DNA of 64,000 nucleotides from Oculina patagonica (Eukaryota): NCBI RefSeq assembly GCF_052425735.1, contig NC_135768.1, positions 9,424,001 to 9,488,000 of the forward strand, read 5' to 3'. Shown piece by piece: positions 58,501 to 64,000 of this stretch (position 1 is its first letter; each line of letters starts with the position of its first letter). The notes under the pieces were generated by a model. It saw only the letters and a program-made list of their open reading frames with translations, ran no database searches and was not told where the DNA came from. The position numbers and the translations under genes were made by a program.

Positions 58501-61500
58501 ATCACTTACGTGAAAGTTTTCGATTATTTTTTGTGCTTTACAGGAGTAATGTCTGGGCTTTATGCCCTGGCGGTTATTTCTTGAACGGCCTCAGGAAATC
58601 AGACGGAGGAAATCTGCATAACATTGAAGAAGGACAGTGTTGCCGACCACAAAATCAACTGGAAGATGATTATGACGAATGTTATGACGAAGATGTTGGC
58701 ACTTCATTCGACAATGGCGGTTGGAGCGAATGTCAACGGGCGGGATATTACATGACCGGCATCTACAAAAGTAGTTGCGACGAAATTTACTGCATTGAAA
58801 AATTTAAATGCTGCAGGATGAAAACATTAACAGTAGAAACCGGTGAGTAAGAACATTTTTATATTTCTGAACTTTTATTTTACCCCATGGCTCCACTTGA
58901 ACGATTATTTCAGCCTTTTTTTTTTTCTGTGCAGAATTTTTTTTTCGGAAATTGCTTAAACCCAAGAAGCCGGTAATCATATCTCCAACTATTAAAAAGT
59001 GGATTAAACATTTAACTTGAACTGATCACTAAGTTCAATAATAACAAAGTTTTCATTAACACACACAAACAAACAAAATGCAGTCATAAACCAAGAAAAA
59101 TGCAATTTGGGATCGCGAATGATCAAATTTCAAAACGCTGGGCTCTGGGCTCCGCGGAAAATTTCTTTGGGCTCCGTGCTCCACAGCCAAAAAAAGATCA
59201 GGGCTCCAGTCAGTAAAATGATCGGGCTCCGGGCTCCAAAGCAGAAATTTCTGGGCTCCGGGGCTCCAGGGACCCCCCCTTTGAGACCCTGTTTAATACT
59301 TTGCTTCAATATTCCATTCTTGGAACGAGTTATTCAGTGATTAAACAAGAATAGCTGTTGGTATCCCCCGCGACCTTAAGCTTTGTTTGTTTGTTGTGCC
59401 ATTGTAGACCACGTGATGCTACCCTTCAGAATTATTTCTTTCAAATTCAAACAAATTCACGTGGAAATGAATGAATAATTTCCAGAAAGACAAAAGAACA
59501 ATTCTCTTGAGAACGCAACGTGATATACAATCGGCAATTTACATACGTAGCTAAAGAGGTCTATTCAATACAGCACTGGATGCTGATTTGATACATTGTT
59601 TCCCGCCCAAGGATCGTGGGAATTTGGCCTGCATTTGCATATATTTAAGAATGAACATTTCATTTTTGTCATTAATTTACCGAGCTTAAAATTAAGCGTC
59701 TTCGTTATTTAGTGTAACAATGTTTTCTTTTAGGCACAGAAGTCCCTTCCGTGTCGAACGGATGTGCAAGGCTTTCACTGGGGGAAGGAAACACGGAAAA
59801 TGTTATAATTCCACAACTTAGTTGGATCCAGACTCCATCGGTTTTGGAGATCGAAGCAGGCAAGAATATTACCTATAAAAGGGGCTTTGTCACGGATTTT
59901 ACCAGATTTTTGAACAGCCAAAATTTATATTTGTGTCGTTGGAAAGCTAAAGATAATGGTCCACTTTTATTGAAAATTGCTATATTAGAGGACTGAAACT
60001 GTTAACAAGCGTCTCTGGCTGCGAATTGCAAGGATGTAAATGGATTGCAACTTGAAAACTTAAGGCTTAACTTTTCAAGTTGTTTCAGTGCGTCTTCAAA
60101 AAAATCGATATTTTTTAGCCATAGTACTATATTATTTCTGCTGTCATTGTTATATGGCTAAGATATGGAGAGCGACACTCCGGTGAAGCCATAAGCGACA
60201 CAGAGTGTCACCGGCGGAGCGGGGGATTTTTTTCTTCGGGCGTCCTGGAATACAAAGCGGTCACAAGCAAACGCGGAAGAAAACAAAAACAAGGTACATA
60301 CGCCCGAAGACAAAATATACGCTCCGCTGGAAGTTGATGCACCGAACACAGATCGCTAAGGGAGGGAGGGCGCGACATTTGAACTGTAGTCGTGGTGTTT
60401 TACCGTCGAAAGACCTAGAACTGAGGTGCACGCTGAAGGGGACGGTTAATATTGCACCGCTACACCAATGGGAGAGAGCCATGGGGATAATTAACCATTT
60501 CCACGGGACTTATGACCTGCATGCATAATAAAGTACTATGCAAATGACTTTGAATAGCTTGATTATCTTTCTTCAGATGTTCAAAGATAATGTTTTACAT
60601 GGGTTTAGTTGCCTGCCACTAATTTCAAAACTGTTTAGATAAAAAATCTGCGAAATCCCCGTGACGTAGCTCCTTTAAAGGAAACCTCCACTTCTACGAC
60701 AAATTGATGTTAAATTATTTGGAATAATGTCTAATAGTCGAAGTCTTTATTAACAATTAATGATTAATCCCAAATTTTACGAAACAATAGAGAAATAAAG
60801 TTAAATAGGAACAAAAAAGGGAAAGATTTTTGCTCTTAAATTTCCCGCGCGCCGCCATTTTGGATTTAATGACGTGATGGTTGCCGCTATTGTTTGGGAC
60901 CAGGTTATCTTTTGTGTGAAACAATAGAGTAACCATTCCACGTCATAAAAACCAAAATAATGGGGCGCTGGAAGTTTTAAAGCCTTTTCTTCTTTCCATT
61001 TTCTTATTACGATTAAATGTTACTTCTCCCTTTTCCTGTAAAGTTTCAAAATGTAGACATTATTTCAACCAATTCGACGTCAACTTGTCATAAAAGTGGC
61101 GTTTCCTTTTAAATAACAGACAAATAAATCTATCCCTAAAAAAAGCTGCTCGCTGGCTATCAGTAGATGCTAGTCTGAGTGTGCTCTTAGGGACCGGTCA
61201 TAACTTAGAGGGGGGAGGGCTGGTGCAAACATGGGGAGGGCAACTGTTTTTCATGCAAGCACAAAAGGGAGGGTCAAACAATTTTGTGCATGTCATTAGG
61301 GGAGGGGACATTATTTTTTATGCAAAGTTGCAAGGAGTCAATCTAGAATTCACAGTCATTCCTCTGTAAATATGATATAGCACACATTCTTTATTTGATG
61401 ACTGTAGGATATTAACATGAGTTTTTAATAACACTTCTTGGTCCTATGTCTAGATTCTCTCCTGACTTGAACAAACATTAAATTGTCAAAATAGAATGTA

Positions 61501-63655
61501 AATATATCGTTTTAACGATTGATAACTGGTTTCTTGAAGTGATGTAAACTAGTTACTGGAGGAGGGGGGTCATTATAAATTATGCACCTGAATGGGGGAG
61601 GGTCTCCCCAAAACTGGTAGGCCAAAATAAAAATGCACCAGCCCTCCCCCTTCTAATTTAGGACCGATCTCTTACCAAATAAAGAAAGATTGATCAGCTC
61701 TCTTCGTAAATTGGGGGCTCATCTCCCATCGATTAAAACAATATGGTTACTCATTAAGTTACTTTTCTTATTTCTTAACTGATTGGAGGTGCGATAGCCA
61801 GTAATGATTATTGCAGTAAATATAGCGAGTATAGTTCAAGCCCATTGCCTTGCTCTTCTCGAGAAGCCCGGGATATAAGCTCCAGGATGCTGGGCCACTT
61901 GGCTCGAACGCAAGACCTTAACTTAGTTAAAAGCAAATTCAACCACCAAAGTATAAAAAATTTATGTATAAATTTCTACTCTTTTTAGAGAGAAAAGTAC
62001 GTGAGCCTCAATCTGCGTTTTTTATAAGGGAAACTTGACCTGAATCGTTGTGTTTATGTTTTAGGTCACTACCGAGCGTTCGGACGAGTCATTCATCTGC
62101 AGTACCTGCAGGAAAGGTTAACGACACAAAACGGCTTGAACTTTGATGCTACAAGACAAACTATGGACCTTGTTGACCAAATGGATATTCTCGCAGATAC
62201 AGTTTACATTGAGGTACATTAATAACCCGAGGAGTACTTCGTATAGATGACTACAGGAGGGGGTTTTCACAATGGGCGCTTTCCATTGACCAAAAATTCC
62301 GGTTTGAATTTCCAGAAATTTCCAGTGGCGAATGGAACAGCATTTTCCGATTGACTGCACCGGAATGCAAAACGAAATTTACGTATGGAAATGCGTTTAA
62401 TATGGAAATTTTAACAGTACTGTTAAATGTACTGTTGCAGGTTTCTCTGACTGCAAAGATAACTCAATATTTTCGCAAATAAAAAAGCATTCCGAACAAT
62501 GATACACCACTATGACCGACATCGTGGTCATAACAACAGGGACCTTTCAAAAGCCACACCAGCAACGAAAACAAAAAGGTTTAATGCGCATTAATACAAT
62601 GGTTCTCCACGCGCGTTATAAATCTTTGTACGTTTCTTTGCCGCCGCCTGCAAAACAACATCGAAAATAACCGAGTAAATCTCGAGGGTTTTTTTTTCTA
62701 TTTGGAAACGAACGCTTTCTTAAGTGTCATGTAGCTGCTCTCAAGTGTCCAACTCGCTAGATCACTGGCCGAAGGAACTTTGGCTGAATAGAAAATGGCG
62801 GTTTTCCAAAATTTCCGGAAAAGAGACCATTCTCGCAAGGGGCGCTTTCCATTTACATAGAATTTTCGGTGAGAGCTCTTCGAAAAATGGAACAGTGCAA
62901 TTCTTTCCATCACGTAAACGGAACGGAAAGAAGCTGTTCCTTTTGAAAATTCCCGTTTTGATACAACTGCGAAGAGCCTGGTTCCAAAAAATGGCAATCG
63001 AAGGTCAAACTTTTCTACTTTATCTTCCTTCTCCCTGAAGCTTTGAAAAAGGTTGAAAGGAAAAACCCTTGCTCTTAGAGAAGAAACGTCTTCTATCTAC
63101 ACTCGACAGAAATATTGGATACATCTGAAGCGATTCAACGGGTAAATTTTAACGTTAACAGGTTGGTGACCTTTCTCTGCGAACGAACAGTCCGATTGTA
63201 GCAGATGGAACAGTAAATTTCCGGTCATACCGGGAAAACGGGAAAAGAGGAATAGTACCTCTGAAGGTATTCCTTTTTTTCACGAGGTCAAGAAATGTTT
63301 GATTTGTTTTTAACTCACAGACTTTGCTTAGGAGGTATACTTTCATTAATGTAATGCCATGGGTTCAATTCCCGTCGAGAACTCAGATTTTTTCTTTGTC
63401 CCACGCTCGTGAAAAATAAACATTTTGTCTTTATCACAAATGTTCACCTTTTCGTTTCTTTTGATTGATTGTTTTTGTAGGGCAACGTTCTTCTTCATGG
63501 AATCAGAAACGTGAAAATATACGCGCGCGAGATTATTGCTTCTCCAGGAAGTAGGATCGATTTCTCGGCACCAAATTGGAATCAGGTTTATCAACTACGA
63601 GTAGTTACCGGAAGTGATGGCGAAGATGGCAAGCATGGGACAAGTGGTCCGCAGG
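53768..63655 (+). CDS. Secreted protein (5' part): signal peptide - biomphalysin small-lobe-like Cys/Trp three-repeat domain - beta-rich/Gly-x-x region; continues beyond window end
   Basis: In-frame exons: signal-peptide exon 53768-53834 or its duplicate 55221-55287 (phase 1), 57948-58185, 58544-58842, 59734-59859 (GC donor), 62065-62213 and 63481-63655. The repeat C-x4-W-x2-(S/T)-(L/F)-D-x2-GW-x2-C-x(4-5)-Y-x2-G-(L/I)-x-(R/K)...IE-x3-CC occurs three times. Confidence 0.8.
56238..56746. mobile_element. hAT-type MITE
   Basis: TIR TAGGCAT.AATAGATTGTGCT / AGCACAATCTATT.ATGCCTA; 8-bp TSD TTGACCGA (56230-56237, 56747-56754); subterminal GCAACTTTT repeats. Confidence 0.92.
56961..57100. repeat. 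Duplicated transposon-end-like motif (TGTCGGTAAAACG..GACTCGGGGCCGGG)
   Basis: Two adjacent copies with CGGGGT/CGGGGC microrepeats. Confidence 0.55.
60679..61107. mobile_element. Kolobok-like MITE (TTAA target)
   Basis: TTAA-AGGAAACCTCCACTTCTACGACAAATTGA...TCAACTTGTCATAAAAGTGGCGTTTCCT-(T)TTAA. Confidence 0.7.
61190..61671. mobile_element. Harbinger-like MITE (degenerate)
   Basis: GGGACCGGTCATAACTTAGAGGGGG / CCCCTTCTAATTTAGGACCGATCTC with TTA on both sides. Confidence 0.7.
62275..63290. mobile_element. Harbinger-like MITE fragments (GGGCGCTTTCCATT ends)
   Basis: The same terminal motif occurs at ~62275 and ~62841, with shared ATGGAACAG internal motifs. Confidence 0.5.
63352..63420 (+). mobile_element. 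Short tRNA-derived SINE fragment
   Basis: B-box GGGTTCAATTCCC followed by ACTCAGATTTTTTCTTTGTCCCACGCTCGTGA. Confidence 0.55.
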
Positions 63656-64000
63656 GTGAGTTAACTATAAGGAATGGGCCGATATTCGACACCAAATATT
63701 CGATACACCGATATTTTGACAATTTTGAAAAGTGTCGATACTTTTGAAAAATATCGCACTTTCGATACGTTTTCGATACTGCACACGTGACCTCAGCCTG
63801 CGGTGTTCTGGTCAGCACCCGTGGTTTAAAAATGCAATTTTGCTCAAAGAAATATCGATGTTCTTGTCAATATTTGAATTTTGTTTTGCCTTAACTTGAT
63901 GTCCATACATTGCTGATGCAACAGTGAAACAAAAAGACCAAAAACTAACATTCTTGGCTAACATTTATAATGCCAGGACTGCCCAATGACATCAGGACGG

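Noticed and set aside
60158-60528. GC-richer intronic patch with ORFs
   Set aside because: No recognisable motif or consistent splice sites; possibly a decayed insertion.

Overview
AT-rich, intron-rich animal genomic DNA. Gene content and repeat types point to an anthozoan cnidarian, probably a stony coral (inference). Reading splice sites on both strands gives six protein-coding genes. (1) The 5' part of a large minus-strand gel-forming-mucin-like gene (282..21258, runs off the left end): signal peptide, 5 EGF domains, two 5-Cys Kunitz-like domains, then D1-D2-D'-D3 (VWD-C8-TIL). (2) CSKMT/METTL12 on the minus strand (2 exons), head-to-head with (3) PCMT1 on the plus strand. (4) An intronless rhodopsin-class GPCR. 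(5) A 1182-aa NLR-like STAND protein: DZIP3-type HEPN domain with intact RxxxxH, coiled coil, NB-ARC-like NTPase, 11 TPRs and a C-terminal CCCVLF CaaX-like box. (6) The 5' part of a plus-strand secreted protein with two duplicated signal-peptide exons, a biomphalysin-small-lobe-like Cys/Trp domain and a non-aerolysin beta/Gly-x-x region (runs off the right end). Introns and intergenic DNA hold many MITEs with readable TIRs and TSDs, tRNA- and 5S-derived SINE-like sequences, two Penelope-type minimal hammerhead ribozyme motifs, local duplications, mini/microsatellites and a 180-N gap. Domain names come from motif recognition by eye, not database searches.
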